Part shown: piece after piece, positions 31,425 to 32,000 of the stretch
Layout: each line of letters starts with the position of its first letter
How positions within the stretch are numbered: the first letter of the stretch is position 1
Notes under the pieces: generated by a model
The model's input: the letters and a program-made list of their open reading frames with translations, nothing else
Database searches by the model: none
What the model was told of the DNA's origin: nothing
Made by a program: the position numbers and the translations under genes
DNA from: Erysipelothrix inopinata
GTDB taxonomy: Bacteria; Bacillota_I; Bacilli_A; Erysipelotrichales; Erysipelotrichaceae
Reading direction: 5' to 3'
NCBI RefSeq assembly: GCF_014396165.1
Contig: NZ_CP060715.1
Coordinates: forward strand, 1,080,001-1,112,000
DNA length: 32,000 nt

Positions 31425-32000
31425 ATGTTACGAAAAGAAGTTGTATTAGAATCCCTTAACAATTATACGAAAACTATAAATCTTGAGATGATTCGAGATG
31501 GTTATAATGGTGCCACAACTCAAGAGCTTGTAGATAAGTTAGATATAGACCGTACTAACTGTAGTCGCGAACTCAATAACTTAGTAAATGATGGGCTTGT
31601 CATTAAGATTACAGGAAAACCAGTCAGATATTTTCCTGTGGAACATCTTGAATCGCTTATTTTTGCGAAAATAATAATTGGAGAAGGAACTTCGTTGCGA
31701 GAAATTGTTGAGAACAGTGTACAAAAACTGAGTGACTTTGACTCAATTATTGGTGCTGGAGGAAGTTTAAGTATGGCCATAGATCAGGCCAAGGCTGCCA
31801 TGATTTATCCTCCATTTGGTCTCCATACACTTATCACAGGTGAAACAGGTATTGGTAAAACAATGTTTGTGGAACTGATGTATAACTATGCAAAAGAATT
31901 TGGTGTTTTAGATAATAGGGCTGAATTGGTAACTTTTAACTGTGCAGAGTATGCAGATAATCCGCAACTCCTGGTATCAGAACTCTTCGGCTACACTAAA
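31425..32000 (+). CDS. LevR-type sigma-54-dependent transcriptional activator, 3'-truncated by the window edge
   Basis: Not in the ORF track because it has no stop codon. SD gaaggagg at 31412-31419. My translation: MLRKEVVLESL...DKLDIDRTNCSRELNNLV (wHTH)...SIIGAGGSL...HTLITGETGIGKTMFVE (Walker A)...FNCAEYADNPQLLVSELFGYTK. Confidence 0.8.
   Translation, partial: MLRKEVVLESLNNYTKTINLEMIRDGYNGATTQELVDKLDIDRTNCSRELNNLVNDGLVIKITGKPVRYFPVEHLESLIFAKIIIGEGTSLREIVENSVQKLSDFDSIIGAGGSLSMAIDQAKAAMIYPPFGLHTLITGETGIGKTMFVELMYNYAKEFGVLDNRAELVTFNCAEYADNPQLLVSELFGYTK

Noticed and set aside
31021-31780. ORFs 31021-31221(-) and 31520-31780(-).
   Set aside because: The first is antisense to the EamA gene. The second is antisense to the open-ended LevR-like reading frame, which has a strong SD, a wHTH and a sigma-54 AAA+ Walker A.
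1-32000. A prophage, genomic island, IS element or canonical defence cassette anywhere in the window.
   Set aside because: I recognised no integrase, transposase, recombinase, terminal inverted or direct repeats flanking a block, tRNA attachment site, restriction-modification or Cas genes, or phage structural genes.

Overview
A 32 kb chromosomal segment from a low-GC Gram-positive bacterium (Bacillota). Evidence for this: AGGAGG-type Shine-Dalgarno sites, LPxTG sorting signals, lipoboxes, TGnTATAAT extended -10 promoters and a LevR-type sigma-54 activator. The finer lineage cannot be determined by eye. I support about 30 protein-coding genes, most in one- to four-gene units separated by strong, often bidirectional, intrinsic terminators. 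I found no rRNA, tRNA, CRISPR array, transposase, integrase or phage structural genes, and no canonical multi-gene defence or toxin-antitoxin cassette.

Gene content, in order:
- A 4-gene peptidase/amidase-like operon with an embedded RpiR regulator.
- An orphan DprA/Smf-like gene.
- A 1264-aa sortase-anchored protein with 11 Listeria-Bacteroides-type repeats; nine of them are near-identical 219-bp units.
- A MarR-GNAT pair.
- HIT and Cof-HAD genes.
- A divergent IclR / (LDH-like + Gate-domain transporter) module.
- A Kv-type K+ channel.
- A Dgt-family dNTP triphosphohydrolase.
- A single ABC exporter.
- RidA preceded by a long leader.
- A LysM/G5/M23 peptidase.
- A BspA-LRR/MucBP LPxTG protein with a (PVD)n 9-bp repeat.
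- A fused double HhH-GPD DNA glycosylase.
- A lipoprotein / 2-TM protein / COG3910-like ATPase group.
- An EamA transporter.
- The 5' end of a LevR-like activator.

The parts least explained by known biology:
1. The AbrB-MlrC-RpiR-M24-like operon.
2. The LDH-like enzyme with an atypical substrate loop, coupled to a transporter.
3. The fused double glycosylase.
4. The orphan DprA-like gene.
5. Two structured or orphan non-coding regions (20.8-21.0 kb and 30.07-30.40 kb).

None of these can be shown to be a new system from sequence alone. All family assignments rest on motif recognition by eye, not on database searches.
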